Source: Alphaproteobacteria bacterium | GTDB taxonomy: Bacteria > Pseudomonadota > Alphaproteobacteria > Rs-D84 | DNA length: 64,000 nt | NCBI GenBank assembly: GCA_017471445.1 | Contig: JAFUTJ010000008.1 | Coordinates: 112,382-176,381, forward strand | Direction: 5' to 3' | Shown here: positions 1 through 9,610 of the stretch, in pieces | Position numbering within the stretch: the first letter of the stretch is position 1 | Layout: the number at the start of each line of letters is the position of its first letter | Position numbers and translations under genes: made by a program | The notes under the pieces: model-generated | The model's input: only the letters and a program-made list of their open reading frames with translations | Told to the model about the DNA's origin: nothing | Databases searched by the model: none

Positions 1-178
1 GTTGTGCCAGCGGGTGCGACGCAATTAAATCGCGTGGTAATTCGAAATCAAAATCCGACAGCAGCATTTCCGGCATCGGCGTATCAACCGGCTGTGGACG
101 CGGTTTAATACCGAAACGGTCTTGCAATCGGCTGGTATTACGAATTTCAACTTGCTTTCTCTTTCTGCCCTTTTTCAT
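1..178 (-). CDS. queA: S-adenosylmethionine:tRNA ribosyltransferase-isomerase QueA, 5' end only (runs off window)
   Basis: Minus-strand translation reads ...MPEMLLSDFDFELPRDLIASHPLAQ, matching the conserved QueA N-terminus (LSDFDF-LP-LIA). In-frame ATGs at 67, 76 and 178 leave the true start uncertain. Confidence 0.7.
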   Translation of the reverse strand, partial: MKKGRKRKQVEIRNTSRLQDRFGIKPRPQPVDTPMPEMLLSDFDFELPRDLIASHPLAQ

Positions 179-194
179 ACATTTTGCCTTTTTA

Positions 195-1088
195 TTATTT
201 CTTGAATTCTAAACCTTGGGCCGCATAGTTTTCCGCGCGTTCTTCCCAGTCGGGTTCCACACGCACAAACAGGTGCAACCGCGCATTTACCCCCCATTGG
301 TCTTGGATATCGCGCCGCGCCGCCGTACCAATTTGTTTCAGTTGCGCCCCACCCCGCCCAATTACAATTTTTTTATGCGCCGGGTTTGCAACAACAATCT
401 TTTGATATATGTCCAGAACGCCATCAGAATCAACATCAACCTGTTCGGTCATAACATTTATGTGATACGGCAATTCTTGGTGAATATATTTATAAACTTT
501 TTCCCGTGTCAATTCCGCCAGGTACAGCTCATCTGGCACATCGGTTGCATCCGCCGCATCAAACAGATATGGCGACTGGGGCATCACTGCTGCCAACGCG
601 CCCAATAATTGTTCTACTCCATCATTTTTCAGTGCTGAAATCATGAATATCTCACGAAATTCGGCCAATTCGCTTAATTGCGCTGCAATCGGCAACAGGG
701 CCGATTTCTGAACCGCATCAACCTTGTTCACGGCAACAAATAAATTTTTATGTCCGGCAATTTTACCAACCAAATCACGCACTGTTTCGGTTATGCCGTG
801 CGACGCATCAATAATTAATAAAATGGCATCTGCATCCGTTGTTGCGTCCATGGCCGCGCCAACCATCGCCCGGTCCAGCCGCCGCTTTGGCCGAAATACC
901 CCCGGGGTATCAACAAATATCAATTGCCGGTTGCCAACCATTTTCACCGCACGGTGACGGGTACGTGTTGTCTGAACCTTGTGCGATACAATTGACACCT
1001 TGCGCCCCATGATTTGGTTAACCAAGGTGCTTTTGCCCGCATTTGTTGGGCCAACGATTGCGACAAAACCAGAATATGTATCGTTCAT
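195..1088 (-). CDS. era: GTPase Era
   Basis: G1 motif GPTNAGKST, then DTPG and NKVD, with a KH-like C-terminus (VIGRGGAQLKQIG). Start moved to MNDTYSGFVAIVG (ATG at 1088). Confidence 0.9.
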   Translation of the reverse strand: MNDTYSGFVAIVGPTNAGKSTLVNQIMGRKVSIVSHKVQTTRTRHRAVKMVGNRQLIFVDTPGVFRPKRRLDRAMVGAAMDATTDADAILLIIDASHGITETVRDLVGKIAGHKNLFVAVNKVDAVQKSALLPIAAQLSELAEFREIFMISALKNDGVEQLLGALAAVMPQSPYLFDAADATDVPDELYLAELTREKVYKYIHQELPYHINVMTEQVDVDSDGVLDIYQKIVVANPAHKKIVIGRGGAQLKQIGTAARRDIQDQWGVNARLHLFVRVEPDWEERAENYAAQGLEFKK

Positions 1089-1214
1089 GCGACAAACATT
1101 ACCACAACAAAACAAAAAGTGAATAAAAATCTTGCAAACACGCCACTATAATATAACATAATGGCTGTACAGTGTGAATGTTGGGGGGGCGTATAGAAAA
1201 CAAGAGGCACAAAA

Positions 1215-1928
1215 ATGCAACTGACCGGTCCCGAAATAAAAAAACGCATGCAAGAATCAAACAAATCCGAACCCGATATTGTCATAACACCATTTGATGA
1301 CCGATGCCTGGGCAGTAACAGTTACGATTTACACCTGGCCCCGATATTAAAGGTCTATAAAAAAACAATCCCAACCGGCATGAAACCCGCGATTGCAAAT
1401 GCTGAAAACCTGACCATGCGTGATTGGTTTGTATCACCATGGGATTATGAAGATTACACACTGCGACCGGAAAAGTATGATGTTCGCAATCCGCGTTATG
1501 CATTGGACCCATGCGATGAAGTAACACACGAAACAATTGATATTGAAATTCCAGATGGCGGATTAATTTTATCACCAACAATCGGATACCTGGGGTCAAC
1601 GGTCGAATACACCGAAACACGGAATTTATTCCCATACATTGACGGCAAATCATCATTGGGACGCAATTTTATATTAAACCACCACACCGCAGGCCGTGGC
1701 GATGACGGTTTTTGCGGGCAATGGACGCTGGAAATAAAAACATTGTACCCAACGGTTGTATATCCATATATGCGCATCGGCCAGATTTATTATGAAACAT
1801 TTGTCGGTACACGCAAACCATACGACAAAAACCCGGCCAGCCATTATAATAATCAATCTGGTCCCGTTCCGGCCCGCCCAATTACAATTGACGGTTTTAT
1901 TCGTGAATTGGTTGCACGTGGGAAATAA
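1215..1928 (+). CDS. dcd: dCTP deaminase family protein (long form)
   Basis: SYDLHL, GKSSLGRNF, GFCGQWTLEIK and MRIGQIYY resemble Dcd/dUTPase-superfamily motifs. At 237 aa it is longer than the typical ~190 aa. Confidence 0.7.
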   Translation: MQLTGPEIKKRMQESNKSEPDIVITPFDDRCLGSNSYDLHLAPILKVYKKTIPTGMKPAIANAENLTMRDWFVSPWDYEDYTLRPEKYDVRNPRYALDPCDEVTHETIDIEIPDGGLILSPTIGYLGSTVEYTETRNLFPYIDGKSSLGRNFILNHHTAGRGDDGFCGQWTLEIKTLYPTVVYPYMRIGQIYYETFVGTRKPYDKNPASHYNNQSGPVPARPITIDGFIRELVARGK

Positions 1929-2013
1929 TATCAATGGTATAATAACGTATTTGCATGCACACAAATCGTGATGATTGTATGACTTATCCGACGGGGAATG
2001 GCATCAACAAACG

Positions 2014-3255
2014 CTATTTATGTTTATATGCAAACATGTCGGGCGTAAAGACGCGCGCCGCATCGCCAATCCATGCGCATGGGATTGTTATGCTGTTGCA
2101 TTGGCCGGCGGACATTTTCTGCATAATTTCGCCATTTTTGGCATTGATTATATGCGGCACGCGAAACGTCACATTTTTTGCCGAACGCGGAACAATAAAG
2201 TTTAATTCATCGCCCGCCCGCAATTCGTTGCGTAATTCCATGGTAACGGTGTCCGCGGTGCATGCGGTTATAACACCTGCCGCATGATATTCTGATTCAG
2301 AGCGTGTTGTTTCGTAATTATGTGCTTCCGAATTTACCGGCCCATCAAAGAACGCGGTCGTATAACCACGGGTTTCCAGTTTATTTAATTCTGCCATAAA
2401 CGGTGCCGGGTCAAAATTTTCCGGGTCACGCGCCCATGCATCCATTGCCACGCGATACGCATGTACAACCGACGCAACATAATATTCGCTGCGGTTTCGG
2501 CCCTCTATCTTTAATGAATCTGGCGATGCGGCCAACACATCACCCAACCGCGGCATCAGGCATAAATCACGTGCATTCATAATGTATGCACCGCGCCCAT
2601 CTTCGGTAATCGGCATTTCAACCCCAGATTCGCGTTCGCGTAAAATTACATCGTAATTCCACCGGCACAGTTGCGCGCACGCACCACGGTTTGACGGCCG
2701 CCCTGTTACAAAGTTTGACAATAAACACCGCCCAGAATACGCCATGCACATGGCCCCATGAACAAATATTTCTAATTTAATATCGGGACATGCCGCGCGA
2801 ATGGTGCAAAAATCGCGATGTGTCACTTCGCGTGCCAACACGCACAACGACGCGCCCGCATTTTGCCAAAACTTAACAGATGCCGCCGAACAAATGTTTG
2901 CCTGGGTTGAAATATGAATCGGCATATTTGGAAAATTTTCACGTACCCATGTAACAACACCCGGGTCTGCAACAATTAATGCATCCGGCCCCAGGTATTG
3001 AATAACCTTGGCCACACGGTCAAAATTGTCATATTCATGGTCATGTGCAAATAAATTGAACGCCAAATACACTTTACGACCGGCGGCGTGCGCCATGTCA
3101 ATTCCGGCCCGAACCTCGTCCGTGGTAATTTTTGCACGCGCCCGCATTGAAAATCCGGGCAATCCTGCATAAATTGCATCTGCGCCATATAATATTGCCG
3201 TGCGAAATGCCGCCAATGTTCCCGCCGGTGCCAACAGTTCTGGTAATTTATTCAT
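2014..3255 (-). CDS. U32 family peptidase-like protein (YegQ/TrhP/RlhA group)
   Basis: N-terminus ELLAPAGTLAAFRTAILYGADAIYAG and overall layout are typical of peptidase U32 proteins. Confidence 0.75.
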   Translation of the reverse strand: MNKLPELLAPAGTLAAFRTAILYGADAIYAGLPGFSMRARAKITTDEVRAGIDMAHAAGRKVYLAFNLFAHDHEYDNFDRVAKVIQYLGPDALIVADPGVVTWVRENFPNMPIHISTQANICSAASVKFWQNAGASLCVLAREVTHRDFCTIRAACPDIKLEIFVHGAMCMAYSGRCLLSNFVTGRPSNRGACAQLCRWNYDVILRERESGVEMPITEDGRGAYIMNARDLCLMPRLGDVLAASPDSLKIEGRNRSEYYVASVVHAYRVAMDAWARDPENFDPAPFMAELNKLETRGYTTAFFDGPVNSEAHNYETTRSESEYHAAGVITACTADTVTMELRNELRAGDELNFIVPRSAKNVTFRVPHIINAKNGEIMQKMSAGQCNSITIPCAWIGDAARVFTPDMFAYKHK

Positions 3256-3343
3256 GACTAATATTGTTTACAACAATTTTATAAATGCAAGTGTTTTACA
3301 AAAATATTTATACACAATTTCGGAAAGACTCTGATTTTTTCCC

Positions 3344-3371
3344 TTGATTTAGGTATACGAATATATATAAT
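3344..3371 (+). promoter_or_regulatory. sigma70-like promoter for tRNA-Thr
   Basis: TTGATT (3344-3349), 16 nt spacer, TATAAT (3366-3371), about 13 nt upstream of the tRNA 5' end. Confidence 0.5.
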
Positions 3372-3384
3372 TACATTCGCATTG

Positions 3385-3460
3385 GCCAGTTTAGCTCAGC
3401 TGGTAGAGCATCTGATTTGTAATCAGAGGGTCGTTGGTTCAAGTCCGACAACTGGCACCA
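3385..3460 (+). tRNA. tRNA-Thr (anticodon UGU)
   Basis: Hand-folded cloverleaf. Acceptor GCCAGTT/AACTGGC, D arm GCTC/GAGC, anticodon stem TCTGA/TCAGA with loop TTTGTAA, T arm GTTGG-TTCAAGT-CCGAC, encoded CCA. 76 nt. Confidence 0.92.
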
Positions 3461-3466
3461 GAATTT

Positions 3467-3489
3467 ACCGCAGGATTCTGCGGTTTTTT
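3467..3489 (+). terminator. rho-independent terminator after tRNA-Thr
   Basis: Hairpin ACCGCAG-GATT-CTGCGGT followed by TTTTTG. Confidence 0.7.
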
Positions 3490-3602
3490 GTTTAGGATGC
3501 CCAGATTATCCATTCCTAAAATTTCTATATATACCGACATCATTAAAGACATTTCAATATGGTGATTTATTTTACACCACCGCAACATTTATTGCAGATT
3601 GT

Positions 3603-3806
3603 TTATCCGCCACAAACTTTACAAGGCCGCCCACCCCTGCGTCTTGCTTCTGAACTATCTATGGAGATACAGTTTTTTGTGCATTTTTGGGCCCATTCGC
3701 AAGAATGTTTGTGATAAATACGAGAATTGGTATTAAACGCAACATCTCGCGCCATTGCACCACCATAGGCAAATACACAAAGTAATACTATCAACAATTT
3801 TTTCAT
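3603..3806 (-). CDS. small secreted Cys/His-rich (Ada-like metal-binding motif) protein
   Basis: Signal-like N-terminus MKKLLIVLLCVFAYGGAMA. Then YHKHSCEWAQKC...GGRPCKVCGG, a pattern seen in small zinc-binding domains appended to nucleases. Confidence 0.45.
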   Translation of the reverse strand: MKKLLIVLLCVFAYGGAMARDVAFNTNSRIYHKHSCEWAQKCTKNCISIDSSEARRRGGRPCKVCGG

Positions 3807-3902
3807 TTTATTTATCTCCTCTCTACAAGGGATAAGTAATTTTTTTTATTTTTCAAGATTTATACAAATTTGTTTTACAATTTAAAATACTTGGTCATTG
3901 TC

Positions 3903-4826
3903 TTAAATCAAATCCGAATACGGCAAAGATTTAATATATTCTTCCATATAATCCCAATCAGGATTACCAATTTTATCAACGGGCAACTTAATTTTATGTA
4001 ACATGAAATCTTTTTGACGGTATTGTCGTCCATATGCGTATCTATATTTATCTGCTTCAATAACAGATACCAAGAATAATTTAACAAACTTAGTTAGTGA
4101 TATTTTTTCTTGTAACACCAGAATGTTATCATCACAGGCAAAATTATAAGACCTATAAAAACAATTACAAAACATATCAATTGTTATAGCATCCTTATAT
4201 ATTTTCATTTCTGGATTTGAGATATAATCAGATACACCTTCGTTTGATGCACCCGCTGTCGCCAATGGCATTTTGCCGGGGATCCTGTTTCCTTTTGTTA
4301 AACGAACCCCTCGAACAACATTAAACAAATCAGATAACTTAAATTTTTTCCATTCTGTCGTATCAAATGGTAATTCTTTGTGTTTTATTTTGGTGTTGAT
4401 TGGACTGTAATCTATTTTATATTTTTTTAACCAATCTGGTAATGGCGGTAAATTGATATTTTTCAACGTTTTGTTCGCCTGACGACCATAACTATAACGA
4501 TACGAATTCATTTTTATCACATGGCAGTAAAACAACTTTTCTTCCAATGACATTTCTTTTTTGGGTATCAACAAATACAAATCACGACCGCTATAAAACG
4601 GTTTATCTTGAACAAATGTCGACAACACACTTCCACCGCCAGCACATGTAAGTATGCCTGCTGGTTGTGGTTCTTTTCCTGGAATACGTTTTACCCTTGC
4701 CACAACACCATTGTTTTCAGCCGTTCTGGCAACAAAATTTATTGCATCTGCATCATCAGACTGTTCCAGAGAATCAAGTTCTAGATTTATCCCGTATTTA
4801 ATATCAAATAGTTCTGATACTAACAT
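3903..4826 (-). CDS. restriction-modification specificity subunit (HsdS/BcgIB-like, two half-domains)
   Basis: Two repeated halves: SELFDIKYG...YRYSYGRQANKTLKNINLP and LSDLFNVVRG...YRYAYGRQYRQKDFMLHKIKLP. Starts 2 nt after the stop of the upstream methylase gene. Confidence 0.65.
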   Translation of the reverse strand: MLVSELFDIKYGINLELDSLEQSDDADAINFVARTAENNGVVARVKRIPGKEPQPAGILTCAGGGSVLSTFVQDKPFYSGRDLYLLIPKKEMSLEEKLFYCHVIKMNSYRYSYGRQANKTLKNINLPPLPDWLKKYKIDYSPINTKIKHKELPFDTTEWKKFKLSDLFNVVRGVRLTKGNRIPGKMPLATAGASNEGVSDYISNPEMKIYKDAITIDMFCNCFYRSYNFACDDNILVLQEKISLTKFVKLFLVSVIEADKYRYAYGRQYRQKDFMLHKIKLPVDKIGNPDWDYMEEYIKSLPYSDLI

Positions 4827-4828
4827 TG

Positions 4829-6691
4829 TTATTTACTCGTTTTTGTCAGATATGCCAGATAATTTTTTACCGTTTGTTCAAAATCAGATTGGGTCAGTTT
4901 TGAATAATCTGTTTCCATATATGCTTCGCACAACCATTCATCATTCCATTTAACAGGTCTTTTGGCTGTCAAACCGTCTTTTATATCGTTCTCCCGATAT
5001 AATTCAAGCCATCCCTTTTTGATATTTTCCCAACGGTTAAATTTATCAATGCGCCCAAGTTTCTTTGCTTTCACAAAACCATCATCTTTATAATATCCAA
5101 AGAACGTATTTTGTGTGCTGTCATGTGGGGTACGCGCCGTCCACACCATAACACATACATTGGTGCTGGCATTATTTGAATAAAATATATCATCCGGCAT
5201 TGAAAACACCGCTTTTAAAGTATGGTGTTTGAACAACTTTTCTCGTTCCATCTTAAATTTAGTTCCGATTGCACATGACATCGGCACAACCACAACCCCT
5301 GTTCCACCGGGTTCTAATAAATCCAACATATTCTGAACAAATTCCAATTCGGTATGGTCTTTTTGTGAATATGGTGGGTTGATAAGCCCGATGTTTAAAT
5401 GTTTTTCTTTTAACCATTTGATAATATCTGCACTAAAACAATCCCCAAATTTTATGTTTGATTTACCATCACCACGAACAATCATATTTGCAATCGCCAA
5501 TGTGTAAATATCATCGTCAGATTCAACGCCGTATAACTGGTTCCGTTTGATATTATCTATTTCTTTGTCGTTTGCACCCTTGAACATTTTTGACATAGCA
5601 GATACCAAAAATGCCCCGGAACCACAACAAATATCAACAACTTTACTATTTTTATTTACACCGGCCAAATCACACATAAATTCGGTTAAATGCTGTGGGG
5701 TTAAAACAATACCAAGACCACTGCCATCACCACCACTATATTTTACAAATTCATGATAAAATATACCCAACGCATCAAACGTATTATCGGCATAGTCCAT
5801 CATTGGTTTAATTTTTTTAGCCAATTCAGATATAAACCACGCCAAAGAATTAGTTTCATTCAATGAAATATCTTTGATTTTGGTATTTCTGCCGATACTT
5901 GCAAAATGGGATTTTATATCATTTATTTTGTCTGGTCTTATATCGCTACCTTCTAATACACGTTCAATGGCAGAACGCAATTGGGATAATAATGAATTAA
6001 AACTTGTGGCACGTGAATATTCGGCGGCAAACGCATCATCCTTTAATGCAATCAAAATTCCGGCAATAAATACAGGTTTTGCTCTTTCCGACATTTTCAA
6101 AGCACGTAATGAATCATGCATTACAAGTGCAAGTTTACGTATTTCATCAATTGATATTTTTTTACTAACCGTTTCACCATTTACCATACGTAAATAATTT
6201 TCAGGGCTATATAAAACATCTTTCCCTTTACTTAATTCTTGTGGTCTTTCTTGACCTTTTCGCCAATCAAAAGTGCTTACCTTGTAATTACCCGTTGGGA
6301 TTCCAGATACAGCAATCGCAATCACATTAAAATAATCTTTGATAAATTTGGCATAATACAACGCACCATCCACAGCAAATGCTTCCGGTTGATTCCAATT
6401 TTCTGATTCATGCTTTTTTACAGATGCTTTACATTCAACAACAATAACCGTATCACGTGCTTTGTCAAACGTTATAATAAATTCTGGTTTAGCGATTCCT
6501 TTGCCGCCATAATCATATTGATTTAATTCACAAATCTTGGGTTTGCCACCGGCACGCATCAACGCTTCACGTAAATCACCATTGATATTTGAGGCATCAG
6601 ATTGTGGATAAACAACCCCCCAAGGATTTTTACCAAGTGCAAAATCCATTTCTTTTTGTGTTAAACTCTCGGTTAAACGTTCACTTGCCAT
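4829..6691 (-). CDS. N6-adenine DNA methyltransferase with N-terminal PD-(D/E)xK-like nuclease region (BcgIA-like type IIB enzyme)
   Basis: SAM motif VVDICCGSGAFLV and catalytic NPPYS. The N-terminal ~150 aa contain FD...VIVVECK (D...ExK). Size (620 aa) and pairing with a ~300 aa S-like subunit match BcgI architecture. Confidence 0.6.
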   Translation of the reverse strand: MASERLTESLTQKEMDFALGKNPWGVVYPQSDASNINGDLREALMRAGGKPKICELNQYDYGGKGIAKPEFIITFDKARDTVIVVECKASVKKHESENWNQPEAFAVDGALYYAKFIKDYFNVIAIAVSGIPTGNYKVSTFDWRKGQERPQELSKGKDVLYSPENYLRMVNGETVSKKISIDEIRKLALVMHDSLRALKMSERAKPVFIAGILIALKDDAFAAEYSRATSFNSLLSQLRSAIERVLEGSDIRPDKINDIKSHFASIGRNTKIKDISLNETNSLAWFISELAKKIKPMMDYADNTFDALGIFYHEFVKYSGGDGSGLGIVLTPQHLTEFMCDLAGVNKNSKVVDICCGSGAFLVSAMSKMFKGANDKEIDNIKRNQLYGVESDDDIYTLAIANMIVRGDGKSNIKFGDCFSADIIKWLKEKHLNIGLINPPYSQKDHTELEFVQNMLDLLEPGGTGVVVVPMSCAIGTKFKMEREKLFKHHTLKAVFSMPDDIFYSNNASTNVCVMVWTARTPHDSTQNTFFGYYKDDGFVKAKKLGRIDKFNRWENIKKGWLELYRENDIKDGLTAKRPVKWNDEWLCEAYMETDYSKLTQSDFEQTVKNYLAYLTKTSK

Positions 6692-7008
6692 AAACTTCCC
6701 TTTCTTCGCACGATAATTATAGAAGTTTTTCTATAACCACCACAACAAAAAATCCTTCTCTTGGCTTCTATTATACCACTAAAGATAATCATAAATAATG
6801 AAAACTTGATAAAAACACTGTAATTTTATGCTGGGAACAAAATATTTTGCAAAGGCATCGGGCATTTTTGTATTTTCATGTCAAAATTCGTTTTTGGGGC
6901 GATTTTTCGTTGTTTTTTTATGATGGCATTGTTCCATCAACCGGCACCAGATATAATGTTGTAAGTACATCAAAACCGATAAACACATATTTCACTCACT
7001 TAACACAC

Positions 7009-7036
7009 TTGACAATTACAATATTTGTACTATATT
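7009..7036 (+). promoter_or_regulatory. sigma70-like promoter upstream of the paralogue pair
   Basis: TTGACA (7009-7014), 16 nt spacer, TATATT (7031-7036). RBS AGGACGAGAG precedes the ATG at 7062. Confidence 0.5.
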
Positions 7037-7061
7037 ATTGTATAAATAAAGGACGAGAGTT

Positions 7062-7865
7062 ATGGAATATCAACCAGATATTAACGCTGCACGCAAAACA
7101 CTTAGAAACAAATTTGTTGCATCGATGATGCCTTTTTCGGAATATTCCAGCGCATATGTAATCACAAACGAGAATCTGCGTTCAGAATTGAAATACATGC
7201 CGATGCATACAAATCGCGCATTGGTTACAACCGGTTCGGGCGACCATCCGATATTTTGCGCATTAAATGGCGCATCACACGTTGACACATTTGATGTTAC
7301 ATACAATGCAAAATGCATTTTAGACATCAAAACGGCGGCATTTGGCGTTTTAAGTTTGAACGAATATTGGCAAATATTAAATAAGTTACATTATTCGCAG
7401 AATATTAAAAATCTGCCAAATATGGATTTGATATTACCCAGATTATCACCCATTGTGCGCGAATACATATATCAAATGAACGAATACCCAATATTTAGCC
7501 GTGGATTAGGCGCAGATTCATATAATCAATATGCCCCTTTGCCGGCTGAATACGAAATAATGCGCCAGAAAATACAGAATCAATTTCCATTTATATGGTC
7601 AAATATTGCCGATTTAGGCGAAAAATTGACGGAATCGTATGATTTTATTCATACGTCAAATATATTTGAGTATATAAAACCCAATGATATGGAACAGATT
7701 ATATCGCCGTTAATGAACCACACAAACATTGGCGGTCGAATAATTATGATACAACAACGCCCAAGCGGTCTGATTGGTGATTTCTGCCGGTTTATTGAAT
7801 CCAAAAAGTCAAATTGGCGTGCGATAAAAACAGGACACATCAACGTATTAGAACGCGAACGTTAA
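7062..7865 (+). CDS. DUF3419/BtaA-like SAM-dependent methyltransferase-fold protein, paralogue 1
   Basis: TTGSGDHPIFCALNGASHVDTFDVTYNAKCILDIKTAA resembles the DUF3419 pattern (S-x-G-D/C-N...V-x-x-VD-x-N/S-x-x-Q...LK-x-AA). C-terminal YDFIHTSNIFEY...GGRIIM is also consistent. Confidence 0.5.
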   Translation: MEYQPDINAARKTLRNKFVASMMPFSEYSSAYVITNENLRSELKYMPMHTNRALVTTGSGDHPIFCALNGASHVDTFDVTYNAKCILDIKTAAFGVLSLNEYWQILNKLHYSQNIKNLPNMDLILPRLSPIVREYIYQMNEYPIFSRGLGADSYNQYAPLPAEYEIMRQKIQNQFPFIWSNIADLGEKLTESYDFIHTSNIFEYIKPNDMEQIISPLMNHTNIGGRIIMIQQRPSGLIGDFCRFIESKKSNWRAIKTGHINVLERER

Positions 7866-7887
7866 TAAAGAAACAAGGTAAAACAAA

Positions 7888-8703
7888 ATGCAACACATAC
7901 CAGACGTAAATGCCGCACAAGAATCACTGCGACCAAACAAATCAGATAACACACCTTTGTTTTCCCGGTATTCGCGTGCATATAATATAACAAATGAAGA
8001 TTTGCATTCAACGTTACGGTATGCACGCTTAGACGGTAAAAGCATGCTGACTGTTGCGGCGTCTGGCGACCACCCATTATTTGGCACAATGTATGGTGCA
8101 TCGCATATTGATACGTTTGACGTTACATACAACGCAAAATGTATCATGGATATTAAGTCGGCGGCACTAGATACACTAGATTACAAAACATATTGTGCAA
8201 TGGTAATGGATTTTCATAATGCGCCCGATGTTACCGCCGTGAATGGAATGTCAAAAATCTTTCCAGATTTAGACAAGATTGAAAAACAATACATATACAA
8301 AATGCGCGGATACGGTATTTTCGGCATGGGCGTGCAATGTGCCGAACCGGAAAAATTCTTGCCATCCGAAAGCGAATACGAAAAAATGCGGGCCGCGCCA
8401 CATGGGCCATTCAATTTCATATGGTCTGATATTTCGGATTTACATACGCATTTGACACAGGAATATGATTTTATGCATCTGTCAAACATATTCCATTATA
8501 TGGAACCGCATGATTGTGAATCTGTGCTGGACAATTTAATGCCACATGTTGCGCCGGGCGGAATGATTATGTTCTATGATTTGCCATTTGGGTCAATGAT
8601 AACAAATTGCAAAAATCGTGCATATGCACACAATAAAAAATGGGCCGCGGAATACATTCCGGGTCGCCCAATTATTGTTATGTGCCGTTCGCACATCAGA
8701 TAA
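7888..8703 (+). CDS. DUF3419/BtaA-like SAM-dependent methyltransferase-fold protein, paralogue 2
   Basis: Collinear with 7062-7865: VAASGDHPLFGTMYGASHIDTFDVTYNAKCIMDIKSAA and YDFMHLSNIFHY...GGMIMF. A tandem duplicate. Confidence 0.5.
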   Translation: MQHIPDVNAAQESLRPNKSDNTPLFSRYSRAYNITNEDLHSTLRYARLDGKSMLTVAASGDHPLFGTMYGASHIDTFDVTYNAKCIMDIKSAALDTLDYKTYCAMVMDFHNAPDVTAVNGMSKIFPDLDKIEKQYIYKMRGYGIFGMGVQCAEPEKFLPSESEYEKMRAAPHGPFNFIWSDISDLHTHLTQEYDFMHLSNIFHYMEPHDCESVLDNLMPHVAPGGMIMFYDLPFGSMITNCKNRAYAHNKKWAAEYIPGRPIIVMCRSHIR

Positions 8704-8708
8704 CCATA

Positions 8709-9527
8709 TTACACCGCAACAATAAATATTTTGGCCGCATTTGCCGCCGCAATGACTGCATCGCGGTCGACAACAAAGCATGTTTTTGCATTCACAATTA
8801 TTCCGCGCAATTTTGCCGCCGCCACCGCGCGCACCGTGTCAACACCAATTGCCGGAATATCAATACGTAAATCCTGACCAGGCTTGGTCATTTTTGCAAA
8901 AACACCACTGACACGTTTTTGATTTTTGCGCATTTCCACCACACGGTCCAACATGCGCGCCGTACCTTCGGCCGCTTCGACCGCGATAACTTGGGCATCA
9001 ACAACAACCGATGCACCAATGTCCGCCGCGCCGATTGTATGCGAAACATCCACCGCGCGTTCAATATCGGCCGCATCGCGTTTGGTGGGTTTGGTACGTG
9101 TTTTTACACCCGGTGTTTCGAATGTTAATTCCGGTGCCGCATCTTGGGCGGCAATAACACGAAAACCCGATTTTTCCAAAACTTTATTTAATGCAACCGC
9201 CATAGAATCATACCCCCGTTGATGTCGCTTTATATAAAACAATGCGCGCAAAGTCCACAAATCCGGCCGTAAATCCGTTAAATTCGGGTGCCCCAGTGAC
9301 CCAACAAATGTCATTTGTCGTATTCCACGTCGCCGAAATTCGCGTATCGCACGCCCACCCCCACCCAGTCGCACCACCATATCAGGATTTAATCTTTCGT
9401 CATAGAAATTTTTCAGTCCCACGACAAAAACATCCCACCCTGCCCGACGCAGTGCATCCCGTGTCAGCATTGGCAAATCCAACGCCCCGGCAACCAGTGC
9501 AATTTTATTATCTTTTATTTTACGCAT
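8709..9527 (-). CDS. lpxI: UDP-2,3-diacylglucosamine pyrophosphatase LpxI (DUF1009)
   Basis: IALVAGALDLP N-terminus, GGGGRAIREFRRRGI, and GAADIGASVVV...IAVEAAEGTARMLDR are typical of LpxI. Confidence 0.75.
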   Translation of the reverse strand: MRKIKDNKIALVAGALDLPMLTRDALRRAGWDVFVVGLKNFYDERLNPDMVVRLGGGGRAIREFRRRGIRQMTFVGSLGHPNLTDLRPDLWTLRALFYIKRHQRGYDSMAVALNKVLEKSGFRVIAAQDAAPELTFETPGVKTRTKPTKRDAADIERAVDVSHTIGAADIGASVVVDAQVIAVEAAEGTARMLDRVVEMRKNQKRVSGVFAKMTKPGQDLRIDIPAIGVDTVRAVAAAKLRGIIVNAKTCFVVDRDAVIAAANAAKIFIVAV

Positions 9528-9610
9528 ACGTTAATGGTACGCGCAATTGTATCTGGAATCAAGTTGCAAATTGTGTTATTATTTCCATAACATCTAAACA
9601 GGAATAGAAA

